The notes: generated from the letters alone by a model not told the origin. Shown: positions 40,369-55,026, numbered from the stretch's first letter. The stretch: DNA of 64,000 bases from Octopus vulgaris (GCA_951406725.2 OX597822.1:6944001-7008000); one strand, 5' to 3'. A program made the numbers and translations.

Positions 40369-40637
40369 ATTCAAATACTGACTCACGGCCAATAATTTCC
40401 GGGGAGAGCGCTGGTCGATTCCATCAACCCTAGTGCTCAAATAATGGCACAAGACCAGTTGTATTTGAAGGGAGTTCGACTACATCGAACCTCATTACTT
40501 AACTATTTTCATTGAACCCGGAAAGATGAAAGGGAAAGTCGACCACGGCGGTATTTGAATTTAGAACATAAAAACGGACGAAAAGCCGCTGAATATTTTG
40601 CCTCGGGTACTAAAATATCTGCAAGCTCACCGTCTTA
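39735..40637 (-). mobile_element. Cluster of 3-4 degenerate family-A SINEs around a (GTA)n tract (40175-40368)
   Basis: Repeated gatgaaag..gtcgacc..ggaatttgaactcagaac cores. Confidence 0.7.
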
Positions 40638-41065
40638 ATAATGATCCTTTCTTTATAGGCCACAAAAGCTGCGCACAAAAGCAAAGAATGAGAGAACACA
40701 AAGGACAGTAGGAATTTACGAATAGTGTGTGCAAAGAGTGGAAAACAATAAAAATAAACAAGAGCACACAGACATCGCAGACCCCTTCCAAGACAACACC
40801 AGCGTTCTCTCAACGATAAGCCTGAGATGATTTTTAAAATTAAGAATATCTCAAATAAACTAACAAAGGAGAATACTAAAAATAAACCCGGCCGCTATCA
40901 AGTTTTAAGTAAAAATAAATAAATAAATAAATAAAAAGAAAAAATGAGAAAATAATCCAGAATCCTTGCCCTGGCCGGGTTTGTAATGCTGTGTGTATGT
41001 CGTCTGCAGTGGGAACAGAGACAGTATTCTCTATAAAGTCCGTTTTTAGTCTATCCACTGATATA

Positions 41066-41300
41066 TATTTCTTTACTACCCACAAGGGGCTAAACACAGA
41101 GGGGACAAACAAGGACAGACAAAGGGATTAAGTCGATTACATCGACCCCCAGTGCGTAACTGGTACTTAATTTATCGACCCCGAAAGGATGAAAGGCAAA
41201 GTCGACCTCGGCAGAATTTGAACTCAGAACGTAACGACAGACGAAATACGGCTACGCATTTCGCCCGGCGTGCTAACGTTTCTGCCAGCTCGCCGCCTTC
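41066..41300 (-). mobile_element. tRNA-derived SINE, family A, full length with 11-bp TSD
   Basis: TSD ccactgatata at 41055-41065 and 41301-41311. A-box tggcagaaacg, B-box gagttcaaattc, central gtcgactttgcctttcatcc domain. Confidence 0.92.
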
Positions 41301-41789
41301 CCACTGATATAGTTTCTTTATGACGATTAAGGTCTGTAGTGAAAAATTTATCCGTGCGTGAAAGAAAGCGGAAAGAACCTGCTTACGGTGCTGTTAACGG
41401 AGGTTTAGCAATATCATTGGGCACAGGTAGACCTAGAAATGCAATTGTCAAGAGATTTTAAACCGGAGCGGTATGTTCAAAATTGGTAAAACTAGGAATT
41501 GTCGAGGATGCATTAAATTTATTATGGTTACTGAATATTTAATTTCTGAACGGTTTTGTTGCCGTTTCTTCATGTGGTTTGATTTCTTTATACATCAGTT
41601 TCTACTTAGAGAGAGAGAAGCGAGTAAAATTAATTATGGAGAAATGAAAATAAAACTTTTGAAACATCAACGCCGCCATAACAATGGGCCTGATTTCAAG
41701 GGAGATAATCAGAGAAAGATTTGTAATGCAATCTAAGATCGTAATACTTCATGTAAAGTAAAGTAAATATAACAAATAATGCAGAATTG

Positions 41790-41966
41790 TTGTCCGATAT
41801 CGGATCGATTCCCAAATCTAATCAGTTCGTGTCAATTATGAATCCAAACATCATTGAAAGTTTCATCCGAATCCATCGAGCGGTTCTTGAGATATCTGAT
41901 CCATGGACAAACAAATAAACACGACTGAAAACAATAGCTCCGCCATCGTTAAGTCAGAGGTAATAA
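41790..41966 (-). mobile_element. Possible Helentron/HINE-like non-autonomous end
   Basis: Minus strand reads ttattacctc..ggcggagctattgttttc..gtttgtcc..ggattcggatgaaacttt. Family assigned from recall only. Confidence 0.35.
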
Positions 41967-42049
41967 AAATTTGAACAATAAACTTCCCCCAAAAGGGGGA
42001 AAAAGTTCTGTCCAGAGGCAATCAAGGAATCCATCGGGAGGTATTCCTT

Positions 42050-43790
42050 TCTTCTCCATTCCCTCCTATCAACAGACGCATACTCAGAGAAGGAGCATTC
42101 ACATGGGTCATCCTCTTTGCATTTATCCGTCGTCCTACGTTCATTTTTCAACAAAATTACTGAGGGAGGGGGAGTATTTCCTTTATTAACGTCATTTTCG
42201 TTTTCCAACATCACTTTTGAACTCAAGCAGAAATAAATAAGCCGATAAGGCTTTAGGCATAGAGGAATGTGTTTGTCTTCAGTACTTTCAGTCTCGTCCA
42301 CTACACTGCTTCTTTCAACGCAGCCACCAGACAGAGGAAAACTGGTGGCGGGACAATCTCAACAATGGATTCAACTTATAACTTGATCCGCCCTACACGC
42401 GACGACAGATGCTCGTAAGCATCTATAAGTCACCAAAACCGAGATACAAGACGAGTGCTACTGAGACAGAGGACAAATGCTACCCATACACTGGACGAGT
42501 GCATTGCAGAACTGTTTCATCGCCCTTCGCGCTTCTCGGACAGGTTAGTCATCGTCAGACAGCACATCTGTGCATATAGGGTTTGTCTCGAACCTGCAGA
42601 TCATCCAAGTAAGCCTACCTGGCCAGGGATTTTTGGAATTTATTCATAGGCCCCAGCTCGAAAACGCTCCGGCAAAGACCAATCTCTTGATCTCACCCGA
42701 CGCTCAGAGGTTTCCCGAAGACGCTCTTGCTTGCCACTAATTTTTGTAGAAGTCCAATGTGGAACCTCCACCGACCGTATTACTCGACTGACTTACAGTT
42801 GTGAGTGCTTGCTGACGCTCCAGTTACCAGTTACCCTTTCTCTGTCATCTCTTTATAGAGGACTGTAGCTCCGACAATGAGATGTGCTGCGGAAAATCCT
42901 GTCTAACAAACGGCTACCACACCTGCTCCTCGTCAAATAAGCGCTGGGGATGTCAGCTCAGCGAGTATTTGCGGTTCATTAGTCACAGCTTTCCAGTCCT
43001 CCACGCAGGGGCTGCTGAGAGACATGGGGCCGTCTCATGAGCTGAACACATAAAACAGAAGGACAGGTGCTTCAGCTTGATCAGCAACGAAGCAGTGCAA
43101 GCGACAACGGTCAGCCGGTTGTGAACGGTGGATGCGATGTACGTATTCGTTAACTCTACCCGACCTTTCAAGGACAGCTTCCTCTCTGTACATTTCTAGG
43201 TGGGACTGGCCACCCTGCTCATCACACACACCCAGTTCTTGCCACCTGGAAGTCTGGAGCGAGCCATACCCAGCGATTTAACCGGCCCTTTCGTCCAGCG
43301 CTCTTCAACACTGTCGTTTGGCATGGATCTGCATCTCCAGGAACCGGCTGTCGGCCTACTCTTCGTATTCTCTTATTATGGTGCCAAGCACCTCAATTTG
43401 CAATATGTCCGACACTATAATAGTGACAGCATCTGCTTACACTGACACGAACCCTACGCATATTTGTTCAATCGGAATGCCCCTCAAAGCATCCAACATC
43501 CGTAGCAATAACTCGAGAGCCAACACTTACAAGAGTCTCACTGACCATTCTTGATGGACCGAACGGGCAATGCTAAACGATTCCCATAAGCGGCCATTCA
43601 CGTGAGCCACTGAACACATATCACACTACATTGCAGCGATTCAGCCAATAAAAAACAGGAAGGAAACCGACTGAAAAAAGAACAGCCTCCAAGTATTGGT
43701 GATCGATTCCTTCAAAAGCTTTTTATTGATCCCTATTGATCTAGGCCTCACATATTACAGGTTCCTTACCAATACTCTCTTTGATGTTAT
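42050..43790 (-). mobile_element. Decayed L1/Tx1-like ORF2 and 3' region
   Basis: DQ*KAFEGIDHQYLEAV near 43690-43735 and LKGRVELTNTYIASTVHNRLTVV near 43100-43172. Confidence 0.7.
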
Positions 43791-43834
43791 GCGTGAGGTG
43801 CAGGTTGTTGTGGATAGATATGCTTGGGATTGCT

Positions 43835-44342
43835 TACGAAGCCCAATATACCCATCATGACTACCCGTCTGATAAAGGTACACCAGGCACATGCATCACA
43901 ACCATATGTGCGCGACATGGTGATCTCATATCAAGACAAACAGCACATGACCTTGCAGGTGGGGCCCAGTTAGAATTTTCTTCAGGTTGAGTAGCCCATC
44001 CCGCTCAAAAGTCCCTGAACAAGGGTTATTTAAGGATGTTGAAAGAACCACCCATGTTTCCATAGGTGAATTATTCAAACCCCAAAGAATCCCTCTCAAC
44101 ACATGGCTATGATGCTCCCACACTACTTCTGCTCGTGATCAGAGATGCACATATCGTCAGCCACTGAAGGACATGCTTAACTGGTTAAGGTCAAACAACT
44201 GACAAGCAAATCTGTGGTATTGAGCAGAATATTTGCTGTAGCCCATCTTTTATACCAAAACAAAACAATGTACATGATAACACTTCCAATCAGTTAAGAT
44301 CAGAAGCCATGAGAGCCACTGCCTGGTACTACATCAGGGCAT
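43835..44342 (-). mobile_element. Non-coding interspersed repeat associated with (TAA)n
   Basis: 43835-43933 is the reverse complement of 53819-53918. Both copies abut (TAA)n. Confidence 0.7.
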
Positions 44343-44432
44343 TTATTATTATTATTTATTTATTATTATTATTATTTATTTATTATTATTATTATTTATT
44401 ATTATTATTATTATTATTACTATTACTATTAC

Positions 44433-44502
<70 letters not shown>

Positions 44503-44505
<3 letters not shown>

Positions 44506-46362
44506 TAGTTTTATTTTTATAGTGTGCTTTCACTTCACTACCGAGCACAGCTCTGTGTGCCTTGGGTATGTGCTGTGATTTGTTGTGATGCTCTGATGGT
44601 TATTGTATGGAAAGTGTTCTGCGTAGGATGTGTGCAGTGCCTAGTAGTGCAATTTTCTGTATGTTATATGTGTTTGTAAGTCCTGGTGTTTTTGTTATGT
44701 ATTTGTCTGAATATTTTTTTATCATGCCTAATGCACCTACTATGATAGGAATTGTTTCTGTTTTCAGATTCCACATTCTAGTTACCTCTATTTCCAGGTC
44801 TTTGTATTTTGAGAGTTTCTCCATTTCTTTTAGAGACACGTTGTCATCAGCCGGTTTTGATACATCAATTAGAAAGCATTTTTTTTCTTCATGATCTCTG
44901 ACAACTATATCTGGTCTGTTGGCCTTAATTTCTCTATCTGTGTGTATCGGCATATCCCAGAGTATGGTTGCTTTCTCGTTTTCTGTGACCTTTTCTGGTG
45001 TGTGCCTATACCATCTTGTTTCTGTTGTTATTCCATAATGTTGGCATAGCTTCCAATGTATGTAGGTTCCAACTCTGTCATGTCTGTGAATATATTCCTT
45101 CTTAGCCAAGACTGGGCAGCTAGAGATAATATGATTTATTGTTTCTTGTCCATCTCCACATATTCTGCAGTTACTTGTAATATTTCTTTTCATTACATGT
45201 TTTTGGTAATTTCTGGTGGGGAGGCTTTGGTCTTGTGCTGCAATTAAAAATCCCTCTGTTTCTGCTTTGAGTCCTGAGCTTCTCAACCATTGCTGGGATT
45301 TTTCTTTGTCTATTTCCTTTGCGTTTAGTTTAGTCCAGTATTTACCATGAAGGGGCTTTTCTTGCCATCGTTTTATCATGGTTCGTTGCTGTTCTATTTT
45401 TAGTTTGGATTTCATTTGTTTTATAGCTTTTGTTGTTTCTTCATCATCTTCTTCTTCATGTTTATTAGGTGGTATGATTTCTTGTTTGTATTTGTCAGCT
45501 TCCTTAAATACTGAGAACAGTTTTTTGTTTTGCTCGTGTTTTGCCGCTATCTGGATCCGTTTTCCTTCCTTCTGAAGTAGATATTTTTGCAGTCCTATGG
45601 TGGTTATTTTATAGTAGTTTTCCAGCTGTATAAGGCCTCTACCACCTTCTATACGTTGTATATATAGTCTTTCTATGTCAGATTTTGGGTGAAGCATCCT
45701 AGATCCTGTCATTATTTTTCTTGTTTTCCTATCTATTTGGTCAGTTCATTTCGTGTCCAGTTAAGGATATTGTAGCTGTAACTTATAACTGGGACAGCTA
45801 AAGTGTTGATACCTATTATCTTGTTTTTAGCATTGAGCTCTGTGTTTAGTATTGATCTAACTCGTCTATAATATTGTTTTTTTATTTTCTCTTTCATTTG
45901 TGTGTGTTGTGTCTTATCTAGTTCATGAATTCCTAAGTATTTGTAAGTTTGGCTTTGGTCTAATTCTTTTATTTCATTGGTTTTATCTAGTGTGATGTTG
46001 TTACTCTTAACTAGTTTTCCTCTTTTCAGGGTTACTTTGGTGCATTTTTCTAATCCAAATTTCATATCTATTTCTTTGGTAAATCCATGAACTGTCTTTA
46101 ATAGTGTTTCCATCTGTTTGTCATTTGCAGCGTATAGTTTTAGGTCATCCATATATAAAAGGTGGCTGATCGTTTTGCCGTAACATTTATATCCGCATCT
46201 AGTTCTATTTAGCATATCAGATAGAGGTGACAGTGCCAAGCAGAAAAGGAGTGGAGTGAGCGTGTCTCCCTGGAATATTCCTCTTCTAATGGGGATGTAT
46301 TTGGTTTTCATGAGTCCCTCTTTTGTTTGGAGGTGTAGGACTGTTTGCCATTTATTCATAGA

Positions 46363-46363
<1 letters not shown>
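44503..46363 (-). mobile_element. 5'-truncated R4/Dong-like LINE (RT-CCHC-REL) inside (TAA)n
   Basis: GIFQGD, YMDDLK, CRICGDGQETINHIISSC, RPDIVV..IDVS..KLSKY. One 1-bp frameshift near 45733. (TAA)n on both sides. Confidence 0.95.
44600..45712 (-). pseudogene. LINE ORF C-terminal part (thumb, zinc knuckle, REL endonuclease)
   Basis: The 370-aa ORF continues the RT frame 45733-46363 after the frameshift. Confidence 0.9.
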
Positions 46364-46436
<73 letters not shown>

Positions 46437-47330
46437 ACATGTGTGTTTATGTATGTGCCTTTACTCTCTAGACTTCTTACTCGTCCCTTTAAGGAAGACA
46501 TTTTGTAAAGTGTAAAACCCACTTCTGTGTCTCAGGATTATAATAATAAAATTTATAATACACTTGTGCATTCTACTTCGTATCTCGGTCATGATTCTCT
46601 TTCGCTGTTTACTCTGTTCTAATGAACAAACGTATTTGAGTATATATTGTTTCACTTCTGCATAAGAGTGTTATAACTTATTTTATTTACATTTCAGCTT
46701 GCTTTGTTTCAATCGAACAATTCTATTTTTTAATATATGCACATATATTCAGTAAATATATTTGTTGACTGATATAGAAGTTTTCTTTAAAGAAACTACA
46801 TTAAAATAATCATTGCTTGAAGCAATTTGCTTTATTCCTGTATACTTAATAATTTATTTCAGCGAAAGAAAATTGCTGGGTATCGATATTCTTCGGATTT
46901 CATTTTACTGGTGCATTGCTCTGAAAACTCCTATTGGTAACATTGGTAAGAGCAAAATTCTACTCAAGGTTCCCTTCGCAAACATCACAGTGGAGAAGAA
47001 TAACCGTGTCGAAAGTTCATATCATTCATTCGTTTAATTTTTCCCATGGTAATCTTGTTTAAATGTCCTTGCTCTCTCTTTTATTTATTATGGCTTCGAT
47101 TGCACTTATGTGTGTGTGTGTGTGTGTGTATGTGTGTGTGCATGTGTGTGCGTGTGTGTGTACGCGTATGTATATATAAATATATACATAGTTGAAATTT
47201 ACAGAAAAACAAAAGGCGAAGACAGATGTATAAAGAACAAGTAGATGTATTAGTTTCTGTATATTAATATACACATAGATGTATATGCACATGTATTTCA
47301 GGTATACACATATATATATATACATGCACG

Positions 47331-47376
<46 letters not shown>

Positions 47377-47383
47377 TATATAC

Positions 47384-47453
<70 letters not shown>

Positions 47454-47744
47454 ACTCAAATACCAGTGGTAGAGTAATATGCTTTATTTAAAAGCAGCAG
47501 AAAATTCAACAAAACCTGTTACTCTGAGTATATATATATATATATATTTATATATTCATACATATGTATAAGTTCGTGTGTGTGTATATATACGTGGGGA
47601 GCGTATACACACGCGCGAGCACACACACACTCACATGCACACACGAATGCATACACACATTTATATACACACTTTCAACTTATTCGAATTGTCCATTGTA
47701 TTTTATGCCGCTGCCCACTTTGTAGTCTGTATTCGTAATGCCCT

Positions 47745-47950
47745 GACACGGACGGACATGCTGGACACGAAATACTTTGCCGCATGTCTTCCTTCGCATT
47801 GCGTTCTGAACTGAAGACACGTCGAGGTTGACTTTTCTCTCCATCCTTTCGGGTTTGATAAAATAAAGTACTAGTGAAACACTGGGGTCGATGAAATCAT
47901 CAAGTGCTCACCACCTCAATTCTTAGGGTTGGTGCTTCTGTAGAAATGAT
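47745..47950 (+). mobile_element. Degenerate family-A SINE
   Basis: gaggttgacttttctctccatcctttcggg..gataaaataaagtac..actggggtcgatg. Confidence 0.65.
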
Positions 47951-48133
47951 TATTATTACTCATTTTCTTCAGTTACGGTAGTACTGGTAGTTGTAGTAGT
48001 AGTATTAGTGGTGGTGGTAGTAGTAGTGCCAACTATAGAAGAATGCATTTTCAACACCGTTCTATCACCCATAAAGTAACACAAACACACATTCACAACA
48101 TATCTCTCACTTGTATCTATTTGCCAATCTTTG

Positions 48134-48209
<76 letters not shown>

Positions 48210-48959
48210 CACATACACACACACATATACATATATACATATATATTTACATATGCATATGATAGAGTGAGAGAGGAAAGCAAGAGAGTAGAGAGGGTTT
48301 TGTACTCTCCCAATCAAATTACGTGTCTTGTGCTCATCTTCCTCCATGTAATATGTCTAAGCAATTATACCTCTGACATACATAAACTGACACTTCTGCC
48401 AATGGCCACCATATTGAAATATATCTGTTTTTTTTTTTTTTGGTCTTTCTTTTTAAACGGTAACGAAATACAGATATTTACCGTCTTCAAAAGAACATAC
48501 ATTTCTACTATTATAAATCCTTCAAACATCTCCTTTACTTCTTTCCTTCTCGCGCTCGTGTATAAAAATGAAAACAATAAAGGAAAATAATAATGGAAGA
48601 TGATCAAAAAGCCAGTGCAGTTTATAGCGCTCACTTGAACTATCGTTTGATATGTCCGTTTGGTGACATTGTTAACCTTTTAATGTATTTTACATGATCA
48701 ATGCTAGACGTAGCAATCTAATTTCAGGTCTCTTTGATGTACATACATACACACATCTATAGATACATATAACACTACATACCAACAACGACAATGCATA
48801 CCTAAAACATACATGTTTTTCATATATACATACAAATATATACATATATACACATACAAACACATATATACACGCATGTTTACATTATACACATACACAC
48901 AGATATATACATATATGCCCATATATACACGCGTATATACATATACACACACACACACG

Positions 48960-48994
<35 letters not shown>

Positions 48995-49131
48995 TATACA
49001 CATACACACAGATAATATAATATATGTACATACTTATATCTAAATGTATATATACAAGCATATATATATATATGAGTACAGGACACCACAAATAAACGTA
49101 GAACACGAGAAACGAGCGTATATACATATAT

Positions 49132-49163
<32 letters not shown>

Positions 49164-49223
49164 ATATATACATATATACATATATACATACATATATGTG
49201 TGTTTCTCTTGCTCTGTATACAT

Positions 49224-49281
<58 letters not shown>

Positions 49282-49670
49282 GTATATATATAAGTATACA
49301 TTCGTTTACAATTATATATGCTTAAGCGAATGTAGGAATATATGTACGTATATGTTCTAGAGGTTTAGTGGGTGTTTGTGTCTAAGGGTATATAAAATTA
49401 AAAAATAGTCTTCTGTCTGGCTACAACCTGAAGGACTGAAGGACGAATTAAAGCATGTGATCGCTGCAAAGTTTGTGAGAAGAAAGAAAATGATGTGTGT
49501 AGATGTTAAGTAAAGGAAAGGATGGAAAAGTCTGAAAGTTTGAAAGTGGTACGGAAAGATAATGATATATGAGTGTATCTGTGTGCAAATGCAAGTGTAT
49601 ATGCGTATATGTGTAGACGTGCTTAAGTATGTGTATGAATATGTGCGTGACTGTGAGAGTATATGATTAC

Positions 49671-49795
49671 TTATGTATGTATGTATGCATGTATGTATGT
49701 ATGTATGTATGTATGTATGTATGTATGTATGTATGTATGTATGTATGAATGCATGCATGTATGTATGTATGTGTGTGTGTATGTATGTATGTTTG

Positions 49796-49829
<34 letters not shown>

Positions 49830-50639
49830 TGTATGTATGTATGTATGTATGTATGTATGTATGTATGTATGTATGTATGTATGTATGTATGTATGTATGT
49901 ATGTATGTATGTATGTATGTATGTATGTATGTATGTATGTATGTATGTATGTATGTATGTATGTATGCATGTATGTATGTATGTATGTATGTATGCATGT
50001 ATGATTGTATGTATGTATGTATGCATGTATGTATGCATGTATGAATGCATGCATGTATGTATGTATGTATGTATGTATGTATGTATGTATGTATGTATGT
50101 ATGTATGTATGTATGTATGTATGTATGTATGTATGTATGTATGTATGTATGTATGTATGTATGTATGTATGTATGTATGTATGTATGTATGTATGTATGT
50201 ATGTATGTATGTATGTATGTATGCATGTATGAATGCATGCATGTATGTATGTATGTATGTATGTATGCATGTATGTATGTATGTATGTATGTATGTATGT
50301 ATGTATGTATGCATGCATGTATGTATGTATGTATGTATGTATGTATGTATGTATGTATGTATGTATGTATGTATGTATGTATGTATGTATGTATGTATGT
50401 ATGTATGTATGTATGTATGTATGTATGTATGTATGTATGTATGTATGTATGTATGTATGCATGTATGAATGCATGCATGTATGTATGTATGTATGTATGT
50501 ATGTATGTATGTATGTATGTATGTATGTATGTATGTATGTATGTATGTATGTATGCATGTATGTATGTATGTATGTATGTATGCATGTATGAATGCATGC
50601 ATGTATGTATGTATGTATGTATGCATGTATGTATGTATG

Positions 50640-50671
<32 letters not shown>

Positions 50672-50731
50672 CATGTATGAATGCATGCATGTATGTATGT
50701 ATGTATGTATGTATGCATGTATGTATGTATG

Positions 50732-50765
<34 letters not shown>

Positions 50766-52120
50766 TGTATGCATGTATGAATGCATGCATGTATGTATGT
50801 ATGTATGTATGCATGTATGTATGTATGTATGTATGTATGTATGTATGTATGTATGCATGTATGTATGTATGTATGAATGCATGCATGTATGTATGTATGT
50901 ATGTATGTATGTATGTATGTATGTATGTATGTATGCATGTATGTATGTATGTATATATGTATGCATGTATGTATGTATGTATGTATGTATGTATGCATGT
51001 ATGAATGCATGCATGTATGTATGTATGTATGTATGTATGTATGCATGTATGTATGTATGTATGAATGCATGCATGTATGTATGTATGTATGTATGTATGT
51101 ATGTATGTATGTATGTATGTATGCATGTATGAATGCATGCATGTATGTATGTATGTATGTATGTATGTATGTATGTATGTATGCATGTATGTATGTATGT
51201 ATGCATGTATGTATGTATGCATGTATGCATGCATGTATGAATGCATGCATGTATGTATGTATGTATGTATGTATGTATGTATGTATGTATGCATGTATGA
51301 ATGCATGCATGTATGTATGTATGTATGTATGTATGTATGTATGTATGTATGTATGTATGTATGTATGTATGTATGTATGCATGTATGTATGTATGCATGT
51401 ATGTATGCATGCATGTATGTATGTATGTATGTATGTATGTATGTATGTATGTATGTATGTATGTATGTATGTATGCATGCATGCATGTATGTATGTATGT
51501 ATGTATGTATGTATGTATGTATGTATGTATGTATGCATGTATATATGTATGCATGTATATATGTATGCATGTATGTATGTATGTATGTATGTATGTATGT
51601 ATGTATGTATGTATGTATGTATGTATGTATGCATGTATGAATGCATGCATGTATGTATGTATGTATGTATGTATGTATGTATGTATGTGTGTGTGTTTGT
51701 ATGTATGTATGTATGTATGCATGTATGTATGTATGCATGTATGTATGCATGCATGTATGTATGTATGTATGTATGTATGTATGTATATATGTATGCATGT
51801 ATGTATATATGTATGTATGTATGCATGTATGTATGTATGTATGTATGTATGTATGTGTGTGTGTTTGTATGTATGTATGTATGTATGCATGTATGTATGT
51901 ATGCATGTATGTATGCATGCATGTATGTATGTATGTATGTATGTATGTATGCATGCATGTATGTATGTATGTATGCATGCATGTATGTATGTATGTATGT
52001 ATGTATACATGTAAGTATGTATATATGTATGTATGTATGTATGCATGTATATATGTATGCATGTATGTATATATGTATGCATGTATGTATGCATGCATGC
52101 ATGTATGTATGTATGTGTGT
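49671..52120. repeat. ~2.45-kb (TATG)n array with GCAT/GAAT variant units
   Basis: Seen directly. It produces the long spurious HTYI/MYVC ORFs. Confidence 0.98.
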
Positions 52121-52705
52121 ATGTGCGTGCGAGTGTGTAACTAATATTTCATCACCAATTTCATTTTTCTACTGGCTAATTTCTCGCTAACCATTTGCTA
52201 TATATCTAACATCACTCCACTTGTGACTTTTGTGTTCTTCTGGCAAGTACATATATGCCTTCTTTTCGATGCTAATATCGTCCTTTGTATTTTCTGTTAA
52301 GTTGACTGACAATTAAATTGATAAGTGATATTCAATAGTTGTTTATCTTGCTGTCTTACACACCAGCTAATTTACCAGATAGGAAGTGGCATAATGTGTG
52401 TGCCACCCGAGCCTACCCTTTCCCATAGAGGTTTCTATAGCAGAATAGAAAATTCCACCTTGGTTGGAACACCCCACGGGCCCTCCAACAACTAACATCC
52501 TTCATATGCAAATTATGGATTCTGTCTTCTAGCGCAGCGAATTTGACAATCACTGGTGCTTTCCAGACGAAAGATATATTTTACAGCCCTCATCATCACT
52601 CTCCACCAAACAATCCCTCTCATGATACTAGATAATTAGGCTGGCGTAAAATGCTTTGATGTCCTTGTTTTGAACTCTTTCGAAAAGATAGATGGTATTT
52701 ATCCT

Positions 52706-53092
52706 GTGGAGTCACAATGGCCCAGTGGTTAGGGCAGCGAACTCGCGGTCATAGGATCGCGGTTTTGATTCCCAGACCGGGCGTTGTGAGTGTTTATTGA
52801 GCGAAAACACCTAAAGCTCCACGAGGCTCCGGAAGGGGATGGTGGTGATCCCTGCTGTACTCTTTCACCACAACTTTCTCTCACTCTTACTTCCTGTTTC
52901 TGTTGTACCTATATTTCAAAGGGCCGTCCTTGTTACTCTCTGTGTCACGCTGAATATCCCCGAGAACTACGTTAAGGGTACACGTGTCTGTGGAGTGCTC
53001 AGCCACTTACACGTTAATTTCACGAGCAGGCTGTTCCGTTGATTCGGATCAACCGGAACCCTCGTCGTCGTAACCGACGGAGTTCTTCCATA
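52706..53092 (+). mobile_element. tRNA-derived SINE, family C, full length with 11-bp TSD
   Basis: TSD gtatttatcct at 52695-52705 and 53093-53103. A-box tggcccagtgg, B-box ggttttgattcc. Confidence 0.92.
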
Positions 53093-53818
53093 GTATTTAT
53101 CCTCCAGCCCACTTGGATTTACCCCACAAGTGGGGATAATTATTATGTCTCAGTACTGTTAATGACTCTGTTGCTAATAAATGTGGTTCAATAAGAGTTA
53201 ATGTTTGACTTAACAATTTTGTTTTTTCTGTATAATCCATATTAATAAGTCACTACTTCAATTTTAAAATAAATACATTTTATTTCTTTAAAAAAGGGAT
53301 GTTTTATACGGATGTTGCTTTGCTTGAAAAATGTATTGAAGTGTCACAGAAATAACTTTAAAATGCCAGGTGTGGCATTCTCTCCATCGAGAGCTTTACT
53401 TTTTCTCGGTTGCTTTATTGCGCAATACACTTTTTCAGATGCTGATACATGCATCTTCAGTAAATAATTTGCTTGCTTATACACAAACTAACCCCGGAGC
53501 AACTTGGAGGGACAATAGATAAATGGAGAAATGAATAAATAAATAAATGAATTAAAAGAAATAGGTTTCAGAGCAAAGAAAACAAGCTCATAGACATTGA
53601 TAAAGGATTATAAGAGGACAGAATCTTCAAGTATGGATTCTGAGCCACAAATGAAAAAGTGAAAATGAAAAAAAACCCAGAAAAATAAACGAACAGTTTT
53701 GTTAATATAGCTAACAATTACTTTAATTTGGAAGTTTATATTATAAGGATAATACTTTTGATATTGTACTGCATTGAACACACATTTTACGCAAATATAA
53801 AACAAAATAAATAAATAG

Positions 53819-53967
53819 TTGATATGAGATCACCATGTCGCGCACATATGGTTGTGATGCATGTGCCTGGTGTACCTTTATCAGACGGGTAGTCATGATG
53901 GGTATATTGGGCTTCGTATATTTTACCCCAGTGTCACTTTGATGGCATGAACTGCTCTCTCACTCAA
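53819..53967 (+). mobile_element. 3' end of the non-coding (TAA)n-associated repeat
   Basis: Shares ~100 bp with 43835-43933 and ends ctctctcactc followed by (AAT)n. Confidence 0.7.
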
Positions 53968-54003
53968 TGATAATAATAATAATAACAATAATAACAATAA
54001 TAA

Positions 54004-54740
54004 GCAGTGCAAGATCAGAACTTACCAACCAGAGACTACAATGCAAACATCCTCAAAGACGGAGCTAACCCCTCGTGCAGGAATTTGCTGAAAACCCTCA
54101 GAGACAATTGATCATGTTGTTTCTGGTTGTCTAGTCCTCGCTGAAAAGGAGTCCTTCATAAGACATGAGAGATTTGAGAATTGCATCCACTGGAATGCTT
54201 GTAGATACTGCAAAATTAAATCACATGATAAGTGATACAGGTAACATCCAGAAGATATAGTAAAAGGCGAAGGCGTCATCGTCCTTTGGAACTTCTTAAT
54301 ACAGACAGACAGAAAGATTGACTCCAATCAACCAGACATTGTGATCAAGGCTCTAACAGTGGAACTTGTCTGTTAAAAGATATTGCTGTCCCACCAGATC
54401 AAAATGTCTCAAGAACGGAATACGAAAACATTTCTCACTAAAAAGATCTGCAAATTGAAATCACAAAAATGGGGAAGCTTAGTAGTACGATAATACCAGT
54501 AGTAAATGGTGCTTTGGGAATGATAAAGAAGGGATCTAAGAAATATATTGAGTAACTCCAATCTCCGTGACTATAAAAGTAGCCTTGATGGTTAGAGCCC
54601 ACATACTCCTGAAAGCACTCTTCATCTAAAATGGAATAAATGTGGTGATAATTTTAGTATGCGCAGCAAAACAAATGTACCCCTGGGACGCTTGGGTTCC
54701 GGAAGATGCGCGGTACTAAGGCAGCTGAAATAAAGTTATA
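54004..54740 (+). mobile_element. Older R4/Dong-like LINE 3' part
   Basis: AVQDQNLPTRDY..CR..ETIDHVVSGC, QPDIVIK, IIPVVNGALG, AHILLKAL. Starts directly after (TAA)n. Confidence 0.85.
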
Positions 54741-54779
54741 ATGAAGGGAAACCATAAATGGTGATAATAATAACAATAG

Positions 54780-54991
54780 TTTCAAACTTTTGCCACAAGG
54801 TTCGACTTGGGACTGGTGGGGATAAATCGATTACATCGACCCCAGTGTTCAACTGGTATTTATTTTATCGACTTCGAAATGATGAAAGGCAAAGTCAGTC
54901 TCGATGAAATCTGAACCTATAATGTAGCGACGGACGAATACCGCTAAGCATTTCGTCGAACGCCCCAGTGATCTTGCTAACTCGCCGCCTT
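54780..54991 (-). mobile_element. Family-A SINE, degenerate
   Basis: gattacatcgaccccagtg..gatgaaaggcaaagtc..ctcgccgcctt. Confidence 0.8.
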
Positions 54992-55026
54992 GAATAATAA
55001 TAATGATAATGATGATGATGATGATG

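Noticed and set aside
49357-52190. 800-900-aa ORFs (HTYI/MYVC repeats)
   Set aside because: These are translations of the (TATG)n array, which lacks stop codons.
52706-52780. tRNA gene
   Set aside because: It is a SINE head. It continues into a repeat body bounded by a TSD, and the cloverleaf is incomplete.
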